In this document: piece after piece, positions 1 to 11,239 of the stretch | Layout: each line of letters opens with the position of its first letter | Position numbering within the stretch: the stretch's first letter is position 1 | Origin: Mobula hypostoma | Lineage: Eukaryota | Assembly (NCBI RefSeq): GCF_963921235.1 | Contig: NC_086108.1 | Span: 18,600,001-18,664,000 of the forward strand | DNA length: 64,000 bases | Direction: 5' to 3' | Program-made: the position numbers and the translations under genes | The notes under the pieces: model-generated | Told to the model about the DNA's origin: nothing | The model's database searches: none | What the model saw: the letters and a program-made list of their open reading frames with translations, nothing else

Positions 1-85
1 AGGATCAGTCATGATAGAATGGTGGAGCAGACTCAATGGGCCAGATGGCCTAATTCTTCTCCTATGTCTTATGGTCTTATGTTTT
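1..85 (+). mobile_element. CR1 LINE 3' UTR/tail fragment
   Basis: Matches the 3' end of the full-length CR1 (7915-7998) and ends in (TCTTATGG)n-like tail. Confidence 0.85.
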
Positions 86-147
86 ATGGCATTTTTCTCT
101 CTCCCTTACCTCCACCTTTCAAATATACTCCTCAGCTTTTTTTTCTC

Positions 148-280
148 CAGTCCTGTCAAAGGGTTTCGGTCTGAAACGTCGACTGTAGTTTATTCCATAG
201 ATGTTGTCTGGTCTGCTGAGTTCCTCTAGCATTTTGTGTGCATTGCTCAGATTTCCAGCATCTGCAGATTTTCTTTTGTT
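148..280 (+). mobile_element. Penelope-like terminal repeat remnant with degenerate hammerhead (148-185)
   Basis: CAGTC-CTGTCAA-AGGGTTTCGGTCT-GAAA-CGTC-GACTG; core CTGANGA mutated; downstream sequence matches the Penelope termini at 33150-33250. Confidence 0.8.
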
Positions 281-319
281 TTTAAGTTTATGAAGATATA
301 CTCCTTTGCAAAAAGTTAA

Positions 320-790
320 AAACAAGTATCAGTGGAGAATCAATCTACAACGAGCTGAAAATGTATATTGAAGATAAAAGTGTTCCAATTAAGAACATGA
401 CTTTTCTGCAACAGGTAGAGCACCACATATGACAGGTCACCATGCTGGTTTAGTGGCATTTATGAAAAAAGAAATTCCAAGTCTGTTTACAATTCATTGT
501 GTAACTCATCATCAATATCTTGCCGCCAAAAACTTCACCAGTGACTTTTTTCAAGCATAACTCCCGTAACATCTGATATCAACAAAATTAGAGCTCATCC
601 ATTAAATGGCAGAATATTTTCCCAGTTATGCCAAGGTAATGATTAAGACTTTGAATGCTTGCTTCTTCACACTGAAGTGTATTAGCTGTAAAGGAGGAAG
701 AACAGGATGAGAGCTTGCAAGAAGAAATTATCAAAATTCAGAATGATGAAGAAGCAAAAATGCTTTTTACTATGTCAGTTTTTTGTGATA
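320..790 (+). mobile_element. hAT (Charlie/Buster-like) transposase remnant
   Basis: Translated fragments AGLVAFMKKEIPSLFTIHCVTHHQYLAAK (CxxH motif) and DFECLLLHTEVY*L (cf. LLLHTEVRWL); broken by stops and deletions. Confidence 0.8.
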
Positions 791-1453
791 TCGACCATAA
801 GACTATAAGACATAGGAGTAGAATTAGGCCACTTGGCCCATCAAATCTGCTCCACCATTCATTCATGGCTGATTTTTCCCCTCCTCAGCCCCACTCCACA
901 GCATTCTCCCTGTAACCTTTGAACAGTGACCAATCAAGAACCTGTGAAGCTCTGCCTTAAATACACCCAATGACCTGGCCTCCACTGCTGCCTCTAGTAA
1001 CAAATTCTACAAATTCACCACCCTCCAGCTAAAGAAATTTCTCTGCATCTCTGTTTTAAATGTACGCCCCTCTATCCTACTGTGCCCTCTTTTCCTAGAC
1101 TCCTCCACATGGGAAACATAGAAACATAGGAACAACAGACAGGTAGTGACATTGGAGAAGGATTGTTTAAACCAAAGATCTACATTACTGCTCACTGTTT
1201 CTTTAACAGTCCCCATCAACTACTCTTTCCTATTTCTGTAACTCACAACCGTTCCTTAGGGGCAGATGAAAGACCAAAAGCAATGTATTGATGGATTTAG
1301 TTGAGGAGTTAAATTAGAGCTTTTCCGAGGAAGGAGATTCTGCAGCATCACAGCAAAAGAAGATGTAGAGGAGTGTTAGAAAGGCCAAATGCATTGGGAC
1401 AGACACCTGGGCCAAATGAGATAGATTCTCAGGTGTTGAACAAGATGAGGAGT

Positions 1454-3020
1454 TAGAAATATAGAAACATAGAAAACCTACAGCTCAATACACGCCCTTC
1501 GGCCCACAGAGTTGTACTGAACATATCCCTACCTTAGAAATTACTGGGCTTACCCATAGCCCTCTATTTTACTAAGCTCCATATACCTATCTAAAAGTTT
1601 CTTAAAAGACCCTATCATATCCGCATCCACCCGTCATGATCCGGTCCATGAAATCCGCATTCCGGTTCACGGTCCAGTCCATGTTTCTTATTCCAGGTTT
1701 TCCAGTTTTCCCCAATTTCTGTTGAGGCAGCTGATTCTCGTTTGGCTGGCCTCACAAATAGCGGCCTTTCTTCCCCACTTCCCTTGCTTCCTTGTCACGC
1801 CTAGCCCTGTTCCTAGTACTTCAGTGTCTGTGTCTTGCATTTGAATCCGCTCTTGCCCCACACTATGGCAGAACAGTCCAGACATGAAGTACCCAAGCCA
1901 TGATATATCCTCGCCTAGTTCCGGGGTCCAAGTCCGAATCAAAACCCAGGTTCTGGGTCCTTGTCCAGTCTCTGGTTCGGAGTCCAAGCCCAGGCTCCTA
2001 GTTCCACGTTCCATGTCCTAGTTCCACTATCCTTGTCAAGTCCTAGCCCAGGCCCTGTATCCTTGTCTCGTCCTAGCCCAGGCCCTGTATCCTTGTCTCG
2101 TCCAGGGCCTGTGTCATGTCCAGTGTCCTTTAGTCCCCATTTTCCTTGCCTCCTTGTCACGCTTAGCCCTGTTCCTAGTACTTCAGTGTCTGTGTCTTGC
2201 ATTTGGGTCCGCTCTCACCCCACCCTATGACACCACCACCGTTGCCAGCAGCCCATTCCATGCACTCACCACTCTCTGAGTAAAAAACTTACCCCTGACA
2301 TCTCCTCTGTACCTAATCCCCAGCACTTTAAACCTGTGTCCTCTCATGGCAACCATTTCAGCCTTGGGAAAAAGCCTCTGACTATCCATACAATCAATGC
2401 CTCTCATCGTCTTATACACCTCTATCAGGTCACCTCTCATCCTCCATTGCTCAAAGGAGAAAAGGCCGAGTTCACTCAACCTATTCTCATAAGGCATGCT
2501 CCCCAATCCAGGCAACATCCTTGTAAATCTCCTTTGCACCGTTTCTATGGTTTCCACATCCTTCCTGTAGTGAGGCAACCAGAACTGAGCACAGTACTCC
2601 AAGTGTGGTCTGACCAGGGTCCTATATAGCTGCAACATTACCTGTCAGCTCCTAAATTCAATTCCACGATTGACGAAGGCCAATACACCATAGGCCTCCT
2701 TAACCACAGAGCCAACCTGCGCAGCTGCTTTGAGTGTCCTATGGACTCAAACCCCAAGATCCCTCTGATCCCCCACACTGCCAAGAGTCTTACCATTAAT
2801 ACTATATTCTGCTATCATATTTGACTGACCAAAATGAACCACTTCACACTTATCTGGGTTGAACTTCATCTGCCACTTCTTAGCTCAGTTTTGCATCCCA
2901 TCAATGTCCCGCTGTAACCTCCGACAGTCCTCCACACTATCCACAACACCTCCAACCTTTGTGTCATCAGCAAACTTACTAACCCATCCCTCCACTTCCT
3001 CATCCAGGTCATTTATAACA
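1454..3020 (-). mobile_element. 5'-truncated CR1 LINE (second subfamily)
   Basis: Tail (TAGAAACA)n at 1454; ORF 2225-2638 LYRTLVRPHLEYC; KFADDTK in ORF 2885-3085. Confidence 0.9.
1632..2232. mobile_element. Solo LTR (Gypsy-like) with internal direct and tandem repeats
   Basis: Termini CGTCATG...TATGACA; 5-bp TSD CCACC (1627-1631, 2233-2237); exact 30-bp tandem 2041-2100; ~90-bp direct repeat at about 1772-1860 and 2133-2220. Confidence 0.75.
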
Positions 3021-3455
3021 ATCATCCTGTCCACACCTACTCTGTCTAGGCCTTTCAACATTTGAAAGGTTTCAATGAGAACCAAAGCCCATCCTTCTAA
3101 ATCCCAGAGCTATCAAATGTTCCTCGTATGATAACCCTTTCATTCCTGGAATCATCCTTGTGAACCTCCTCTGGACCCTCTTTGCCAGCATATCTTTTCT
3201 GAGATGAGGAACCCAAAAGTATTTACTGTTTCAAATTGAGGCCTCACCACTGCCTTATAAAACCTCAGCATCACATCCCTGCTCTTGTATCTTAGAGCCC
3301 TTGAAATGAAGTCTAACATTGCATTTGCCTTCCTCACCACCAACTCAATCTGCAAGTTAACCTTTTAGGTGTTCTGCACAAAGACTCCCAGTACAGTGAC
3401 TTTAGAGATGGACTTCCAGATGCATTAAAGGTCAGGCTTGTAAGTGGCATGTATA

Positions 3456-3695
3456 ACTTCTTCGAGCGCAAGAAGGACGAGACTGCACAGGCGTGTGACG
3501 TCAACAGGACAGCGCAGAGAGTTTAAAAAGGAAGGTTGCTACCAACGGCTGTCTTTTGGATCGGGACTACAGAGCGTCATGGGAGCTGAATTCTGAAGGA
3601 AGGCAGTTTTATAAAAAAACTTCTTCGAGTGCAAGAAGGACGAGACTGCGCAGGCACATGACGTCAACAGGACAGCGTGGAGAGTTTAAAAGGGA
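3456..3695 (+). promoter_or_regulatory. Putative CR1 internal promoter made of two tandem monomers
   Basis: ~75-bp block at 3456 repeated at 3619; each has an NRF1-like TGC(A/G)CAGGC, a perfect CRE TGACGTCA and TTTAAAA. Confidence 0.55.
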
Positions 3696-3988
3696 GACCA
3701 CCCTATACAGCGGGCAGCTGTCAGAACGGGCAGCGGAGTAAGTGGGAGCAGAGTGTAGGGCTTTGGCTTCAACGGGCTTTGGTGGTAAACGGGAAGAGGC
3801 GAGAGCGAAGCACCAACTCTTTTTTTTTCTCCCCCACCCCCTTTCGTGAATCAGCCCGGACAGACAGGAACAGCAGGGCTCTCACAGCTAATGGTACAAC
3901 CTAACGGTTTAAAAAGTTCATTTGTTTGGCGAGGTAAGTGGGTGAGTAGACTTATTTTTCCTGTTTCATTCCTGTAGAATTAGATAGC

Positions 3989-4924
3989 ATGCCTGCAGGG
4001 TTAGTGCTTTATTCAGGGTGTCAGATGTGGGAATCCTGGGAGACCTCCAGCCCCCCTGATGGCCACATCTGCGCCAGGTGCACCGAGATGCAGCTCCTCA
4101 GAGACTGTGTTAGGGATCTGGAGCTGCAGCTTGATGACCTACTGCTTATCAGGGAAAGTGAAGAGGTGATAGACAGAAGCTACAGGGAGGTAGTCATCCC
4201 TAGGCTACAGGGGTCAGAAAACTGGGTCACTGTCAAGAGAGGGAAGGGAAATGCCCAGATAGTGGAGAGCACACCTACGGCTGTCCCCCTCAGCAACAAA
4301 TATCTTGTTCTGGATGCTGTTGAGGGGGATGACCTGATAGGGGATGCCCACGGTGACCAGGTCTCTGGCAATGAGCCTGGCGCTGTTGAGCAGGAGAGAA
4401 GGAGGGAGAAGAGAAATGTGGTAGTCGTAGGGGATTCCATAGTCAGGGGAACAGACAGGAGATTCTGTGAGCCTGATAGAGACATCCGCATGGTGTGTTG
4501 CCTCCCAGGTGCCAGGGTATGGGATGTCTCGGATCGGGTCCTGAATATTCTGAAGGGGGAGGGTGAGCAGCCAGTTGTCTTGGTACATGTTGGTACCAAT
4601 GACATAGATAGGACAAAGGAGGAGGTCCAGAAGAGAGATTTCTGGGAGTTAGGAAGGAAGCTGAGAAGCAGGACCTCCAGGGTAGAAATTTCAGTATTGC
4701 TACCTGTGCCACGTGCTAGCGAGGGCAAGAGTAGTAGGATCAGGCAGATGAATGCGTGGCTGAGAGACTGGTGCAGGGGACAGGGCTTCAGATTCTTGGA
4801 TAATTGGGATCTCTTCTGGAGGAAGTATGACCTGTTCAAAAAGGACAGGTTACACCTGAACCCGAAGGAGACAAATATCCTGGCGGGAAGGTTTAATAGA
4901 GCTGTTAGGGAGGGTTTAATCTAA
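3989..4924 (+). CDS. CR1 ORF1 protein (zinc finger/leucine zipper plus SGNH esterase-like domain), intact reading frame
   Basis: 311 aa; HICARC then heptad Leu repeat; VVGDSIVRG, VHVGTNDI, DRLHLN esterase blocks. Confidence 0.9.
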   Translation: MPAGLVLYSGCQMWESWETSSPPDGHICARCTEMQLLRDCVRDLELQLDDLLLIRESEEVIDRSYREVVIPRLQGSENWVTVKRGKGNAQIVESTPTAVPLSNKYLVLDAVEGDDLIGDAHGDQVSGNEPGAVEQERRREKRNVVVVGDSIVRGTDRRFCEPDRDIRMVCCLPGARVWDVSDRVLNILKGEGEQPVVLVHVGTNDIDRTKEEVQKRDFWELGRKLRSRTSRVEISVLLPVPRASEGKSSRIRQMNAWLRDWCRGQGFRFLDNWDLFWRKYDLFKKDRLHLNPKETNILAGRFNRAVREGLI

Positions 4925-7907
4925 TTTGGCAGGGGGATGGGAACCGGAATGACAGAGCGGAGAAAGGGGTAAACAGAAATAAATCTAAGATAGTGAACAG
5001 TAAAGATGTCAGGAAAGACAGGCAGGTGATGGGGCAAATTTGTAGCCATTGGGATGAGTTGCAGTGCAATACAGTCGCAGTGAAATCAAAGGGAAAAGTA
5101 CCAAATACTGGTCTTAAGGTGTTATACTTAAATGCACGCAGCATAAGGAATAAAGTGGATGATCTTGTCGTACAGCTACAGATTGGCAGGTATGATATTG
5201 TGGCCATCACTGAGACATGGCTAAAGGATGCATGTCTCTGAGAGCTGAACGTCCAAGGATACACGGTGTATCAGAAGGATAGGAAGGTAGGCCAAGGGGG
5301 AGGTGTGGCTTTATTGGTAAGAAATGATAGTAAATCGTTAGAAAGAGGTGATATAGGATCGGACGGTGCAGAATCTTTATGGGTTGAGCTAAGAAATTGC
5401 AGGGGTAAAGGGACCCTGATGGCAGTTATTTATAGGCCTCCAAACAGCTGCAGGGATGTGGACTACAAATTAAAACAGGAAATAGAAAAGGCTTGTTAGA
5501 AAGGCAGTGTTATGATAATTGTGGGGGATTTTAACATGCGAGTGGATTGGGAAAATCAGGTCGGCACTGGATCTCAAGAGAGAGAATTTGTAGAATGTCT
5601 GCGAGATGGTTTTTTAGAACAGCTTGTTGTTGAACCCACTAGGGGATCGGCTGTACTGGATTGGGTATTGTGTAAGGAACCAGAGGTGATTAGAGAGATT
5701 GAGGTGAAGGAACCCTTAGGAGGCAGTGATCATAACAAGATTGAGTTCACTGTGAAATTTGAAAAAGAGAAGCCGAAATCTGATGTCGCTATTTCAATGG
5801 AGTAAAGGAAATTACAGTGGCATGAGAGAGGAACTGGCCAAAGTTGACTGGAAAGAGACACTGGCGGGAAAGACGGCAGAGCAGCAGTGGCTGCAGTTTA
5901 TGTGAGAAGTGAGGAAGGTGCAAGACAGGTATATTCCAAAAAAGAAGAAATTTTCAAATGGAAAAAGGATGCAACCGTGGTTTGACAAGAGAAGTCAAAG
6001 CCAAAGTTAAAGCAAAGGAGAGGGCATACAAGGAAGCAAAAATTAGTGGGAAGACAGAGGATTGGGAAGTTTTTAAAACCTTACAAAAGGAAACCAAGAA
6101 GGTCATTAAGAGGGAAAAGATTAACTATGAAAGAAAGCTAGCAAATAATATCAAAGAGGATACTAAAAGCTTTTTCAAGTATATAAAGGATAAAAGACAG
6201 GTGAGAGTAGATATAGGACTGATAGAAAATGATGCTGGAGAAATTGTAATGGGATATAAGGAGATGGCCGAGGAACTGAAAGAGTATTTTGCATCAGTCT
6301 TCACTGAGGAAGACAGCAGGATACCGGACACTCAAGGGTGGCAGGGAAGAGAAGTGTGCAAAGTCACAATTACGACAGAGGAAGTACTCAGGAAGCTGAA
6401 TAGTCTAAAGGTAGATAAATCTCCCGGACCAGATGGAATGCACCTACGTGTTCCGAAGGAAGTAGCTGTGGAGATTGCAGAGGCATTAGCGATGATCTTT
6501 CAAAAGTCAATAGATTCTGGCATGGTTCCGGAGGACTGGAAGATTGCAAATGTCACTCTGCTATCTAAGAAGCGGGCAAGGAAGCAAAAAGGAAATTATA
6601 GACCTGTTAGCTTGACATCGGTGGTTGGGAAGTTGTTGGAGTCGATTGTCAAGGATGAGGTTACAGAGTACCTGGAGGCATATGACAAGATAGGCAGAAC
6701 TCAGCATGGATTCCTTAAAGGAAAATCCTGCCTGACAAACCTATTACAATTTTTTGAGGAAATTACCAGTAGGCTAGACAAGGGAGATGCAGTGGATGTT
6801 GTATATTTGGATTTTCAGAAGGCATTTGACAAGGTGCCACACATGAGGCTACTTAACAAGATAAGAGCCCATGGAATTATGGGAAGGTTGCATATGTGGA
6901 TAGAGCATTGGCTGATTGGCAGGAAACAGAGAGTGGGAATAAAGGGATCCTATTCTGATTGGCTGCCGGTTACCAGTGGTTTTCAACAGGAGTCCGTGTT
7001 GGGGCCGCTTCCTTTTACATTGTACACCAACGATTTGGATTATGGAATTGATGGCTTTGTGGCTAAGTTCGCTGACGATACGAAAATAGGTGGAGGGGCC
7101 GGTAGTGCTGAGGAAATGGAGAGTCTGCAGAGAGACTTGGATAGATTGGAAGAATGGGCAGAGAAGTGGCAAATGAAGTACAATGTTGGAAAGTGTATGG
7201 TTATGCACTTTGGCAGAAATAATAAATGGGCAGACTATTATTTAAATGGGGAAAGAATTCAAAGTTCAGAGATGCAATGGGACTTGGGAGTCCTCATACA
7301 GGATACCCTTAAGGTTAACCTCCAAGTTGAGTTGGTAGAGAAGAAGGCGAATGCAATGTTGGCATTCATTTCTAGAGGAATAGAGTATAGGAGCAGGGAT
7401 GTGATGTTGAGGCTGTATAAGGCACTGGTGAGACCTCACTTGGAGTACTGTAGGCAGTTTTGGTCTCCTTATTTAAGAAAGGATGTGCTGACATTGGAGA
7501 GGGTACAGAGAAGATTCACTAGAATGATTCCGGGAATGAGAGGGTTAACATATGAGGAACTTTTGTCCGCTCTTGGACTGTATTCCTTGGAGTTTAGAAG
7601 AATGAGGGGAGACCTCATAGAAAGATTTCGAATGTTGAAAGGCATGGACAGAGTGGATGTGGCAAAGTTGTTTCCCATGATGGGGGAGTCTAGTACGAGA
7701 GGGCATGACTTAGGGATTGAAGGGCGCCCATTCAGAACAGAAATGCGAAGAAATTTTTTTGGCCAGAGGGTGGTGAATCTATGGAATTTGTTGCCACGGG
7801 CAGCAGTGGAGGCCAAGTCATTGGGTGTATTTAAGGCAGAGATTGACGGGTATCTGAGTAGCCAGGGCATCAAGGGTTATGGTGAGAAGGCGGGGGAGTG
7901 GGACTAA
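4909..7907 (+). pseudogene. CR1 ORF2 (APE endonuclease plus reverse transcriptase), disrupted in the 5' third
   Basis: YLNARSIRNK, ITETWL, YRPP, GDFN, SDH motifs; 649-aa open RT segment 5958-7907 with DFQKAFDKV and FADDTK; stops near 5239, 5497, 5903 and frameshifts near 5790 and 5970. Confidence 0.92.
4915..4921 (+). promoter_or_regulatory. Candidate -1 frameshift heptamer (T_TTA_ATC, one change from T_TTA_AAC) at the ORF1/ORF2 junction
   Basis: In phase with ORF1 and directly before TAA; the -1 frame opens at 4909 after TAG and runs LIWQGDG... into the endonuclease. Confidence 0.55.
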
Positions 7908-10151
7908 ATGGGAGAATGGATCAGCTCATGATAAAATGGTGGAGCAGACTCGATGGTCCTAGTGGCCGACTTCTGCTCCTTTGTCTTATGGTCTTATGGT
8001 ATAGTCAAAACACTCAAAAGAAGCTATTATTGGAAAGAGGCCGACCTTAAAATGGGCATTGGATACAGCAGAACTACAGAAAAGGAGGTTAGAAATTGAA
8101 ATGCACAAAATATCCCTGAATGGTGCAAAAAGCCAAAGATGTTATCGATGTGGCAAATTCTTCCATAGTGTAAATAACTGTTGGTTCAAAGAAAAAGTCT
8201 GCAGAAAGAGCCACAGACAAGGTCACAGGGAGAGAATGAGCAAGGCAAACAGAAAGCACAACCGAGTAAAAAGTCTCAAACACAAAACTAAGCAAATGCA
8301 TAAAGTAACCAAATGTAAAACAGAATCAGACACCATAGAGTCTGACGAAGGTGAACTGGTATGCCTAGAATCGCATAGTACAACTGAAGCAGAATACAAG
8401 ATCATCTGGATCACAATAGATGTGTCCAGTGTAAAACTGAAAATGGAGCTGGACACAGCGTCAGCTTTGTCTATAATTTTAGAGGCTGACTACAACAGAT
8501 TGTTTTCTAAGCTACATCAGAGAAGACCTCAGTGATGCTAAAGACCCACACAGGTTGAAAAGTGTCTCCCAAATACAAACTGAAGGTATATTTAATATAT
8601 GGAGGCCAAACACAGAAGTTAGAGCTTTACGTATTGAAAAGCGACAGTAATTTGTGGACAAGAGTGGTTGAGAAAAATCCAACTAGACTGGCACTCAGTA
8701 AAAGCTGTCAGTGTGTTATCAACAGGCAAAGGCAACCCAAATGGTAGTACTAACCAAAGGCTGTCACAGCGGCTTAATGCTAATCACCTGTTTAGAAGAT
8801 GTTTGAGAAGTGAATAGATAAACAGATCGAAGACTTGGCCAAAAGCTGTTCGGAATGCCAAAAAGTTCGAAATGCACCTCCCTGGCTCTGTTACACCCAA
8901 GGGTGTGGCCTTCTTCACCATTGCAAAGAGCACATATTAACTTTACTGGGCCATCCATGGACTCCATGTTTCTGATTGTTGTGGATGCTCATTCAAAGTG
9001 GCTGGAGGTTATACCAATGAAATCAACCAACTCAGCAGAGACTGTCTCCGCTCTGAGGATTATCTTCACCAGAAACGGCTTATCAGAAGAAATTATGAGT
9101 GAGTGACAATGGACCACAATACACATCAGAAGAATTTTGACTGTTCATGAAGAAAAATGGCACCAGACATTTCAAGTCAGTTCCTCACCACCCAGCAATG
9201 AATGGGTTAGCTGAAAGGTATATCCAAACCTTCAGGTAGTCTATTAAAGTGATGGACAAGGAGGATGTTTCTCTACAGCATAAGGTGGACAACTTCCTTT
9301 CTGTATATCGGAACTCTGTTCATGTAATGACAAATCAAACACCTGCAATGCTGCTCATGATCAGGAATCTGAGACCTTGCATAAAGCTCCTGGATCTAGA
9401 CCTCCAGAGGGAAGTGTAGAATAAACAGTTCAGCTAGTTGCCAGGTGAAGCGGCGAGGAGCTTCTGGACTGGACCAGAAATCCTAGCACATGATTACCAA
9501 GAAGACAAGTGGACACCCGGTAGGATAGCTAGAAGAACTGGACCACTGGTGTACACAGCGGATGTTGGAGATCCGACATGGAGACATCATGTGGACCAGG
9601 TACTGGATGCTCAACCAAAAGACACACCTGAGTCAACTGCATCCAACACGATGGACACATTGCAGTCACTGGGACTTACCCCTCAGTGATGATGTCACTC
9701 ACAGCAAGGTGACACCGGAAACCAAGAACGTTGTATCTGACAAGACACCTACCAAACCCAATGCCACTCCACAGGTCCAGAGGCACCATCCTGAAAGAAA
9801 CAGAGCACCACCCAAAAGACTGAACCTTTGGAACTGTGAAGATGGTTGTGGACTGTTATTATGAAAGCATGTTTGTTTGAAATATGAGTTGATGAAAGGG
9901 AAACCAAATGTTTTGTACATATACAGCTTTATGTTGCATTAATCTAAAGGGGGAGGAAGTGTAGTGTATTAATCTATTTCTTTTAGAGCAATGACCCCAC
10001 CTGCCCCCCCAGCACTATGTATTGATCTGTTGTCTATATATGTGCTTTGTTCTCTTTCTCTCTCTCACTGCAATGTGAGTACACTAGTTAAAGCTATCTC
10101 CCGCATCTGTGCTTTTATTTAATCAATATGTAGTTGTGCACAGACACAACA

Positions 10152-11235
10152 ATGCCTTCCCCAGAAGATATCCCAATGATCTGAAAATCTGTAATCCTGC
10201 CCCCTGCACCACTTCCTCAGCCACTCATTCATCTGTACTCACTGTGCACTCCTTCCCCTTTGTACCTATACATTTGTGCCAACGTGCACCACAAACTCTG
10301 GCTGCTTACTTTCTTGAGAATCTTTTCAGCCACTCTGAGACAGCTTAGACCCGAGCACCTGTAAGGCAACACAGCATTGAGGCTTTTCTTCAGTGGCCAC
10401 AGAATCTGTCTCCCTAAGTACTGAATCTTTTAACACCACTGCTCTATCAGACTTTACCTTTCCCTTCTAAGCCTTAGAACTAGCTACAGTGTCATTGGCC
10501 TGGCTGCTGCTGTGCTCTGATAGATCATATTGACCAGCAGTACTCAAAGGGGTACACTTGTTGCTGAATGGAATGGTCACAGGGTAACCCTGCAATGACT
10601 GCATACTCCCCTTACTTCTCCTGATCGTCATGCATCCACTACTTGAAGCCTGCCCTCTGGATGTGCTATCTCAGTAAAAGACTCACCCATGAAGTTTTCA
10701 GCCTACCAGATGGTCCTGAGTGCATCTATTTCCAGCTCCTGTTGCTTGATCTTGCCAGTCAGGAGCTGAAGTTGGGTGCACTTTTTGCAAATGTAGTCAT
10801 CAGGAAGACTGCTAGGTACCCTGAGTTATCACTTCCCACAAGTGCCAGATCTGCCATCCTGACTACACTTGTTATGCCTCTAACATCTCAAACTTAAGTT
10901 CAAGCCTCTGCCTGTTCTTCTCAAAGCCTGTCGAGCCAAAGCCGGACCACTTCAACACTGGCCCATTCTAACAATGACAGCTCCACTTAAACCTCATTTC
11001 TTCTAATTGGCTCTTGCTATGTTATTTTAACCCAAGAAACCTCCTGCTCTGTAGACTAGTTCCAAGAGGCCTCACTCACTTTTTAAAACTGGTGTGCGAA
11101 GTCCACAAGGAACTGTCTCCAACTCACTCCGTGATCTTCCACTCTGCAGACGTCTCAACAGGCCACACTTTCTTTTTATATCTAGTTCCATCTCCCGAGC
11201 AGATTGGAGAGAGGCCAAAAAGTGGTAGTAGGTAG
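10152..11235 (-). mobile_element. Old CR1 ORF1/5' UTR remnant
   Basis: Reverse strand reads RFSDHWDIFWG and resembles the esterase region of 3989-4924; heavily decayed. Confidence 0.6.
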
Positions 11236-11239
11236 TTAC

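Larger units (their letters stand above)
794..3392 (-). mobile_element. 5'-truncated CR1 LINE, interrupted at about 1119/3022 by younger insertions
   Basis: Tail CCATAAGA repeats at about 795-812; RT C-terminal ORF 3152-3355; sequence resumes at 3023 (catcctgtccacac). Confidence 0.85.
3456..7998 (+). mobile_element. Full-length CR1-clade LINE
   Basis: 5' UTR, ORF1, APE-RT ORF2, 3' UTR and (TCTTATGG)n tail; TSD GTATA (3451-3455, 7999-8003). Confidence 0.95.
3392..10151 (+). mobile_element. Decayed Ty3/Gypsy LTR retrotransposon (gag, protease, integrase, PPT, 3' LTR), split by the CR1 at 3456-7998
   Basis: gag rejoins across the CR1 as DGLPDALKVRLVSGMY|SQNTQKKLLLE; zinc knuckle CYRCGKFFHSVNNC; protease ELDTAS; integrase HINFTGP..LIVVDAHSKW; PPT AAAGGGGGAGGAAG at about 9946-9959; LTR TGT(9960)...CAACA(10151); RT/RNaseH region appears deleted. 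Confidence 0.85.

Noticed and set aside
2041..2100. Exact 30-bp repeats resembling a CRISPR array
   Set aside because: Directly tandem with no spacers, inside an LTR-like element in eukaryotic DNA
1688..2230. Repetitive ORFs (DKDTGPGLG / PSPGPVSLS)
   Set aside because: Translations of LTR tandem repeats
4180..5264. Antisense ORFs of 219, 124 and 119 aa
   Set aside because: Shadows of CR1 ORF1/ORF2 with no recognisable motifs; the same applies to most short ORFs opposite RT fragments
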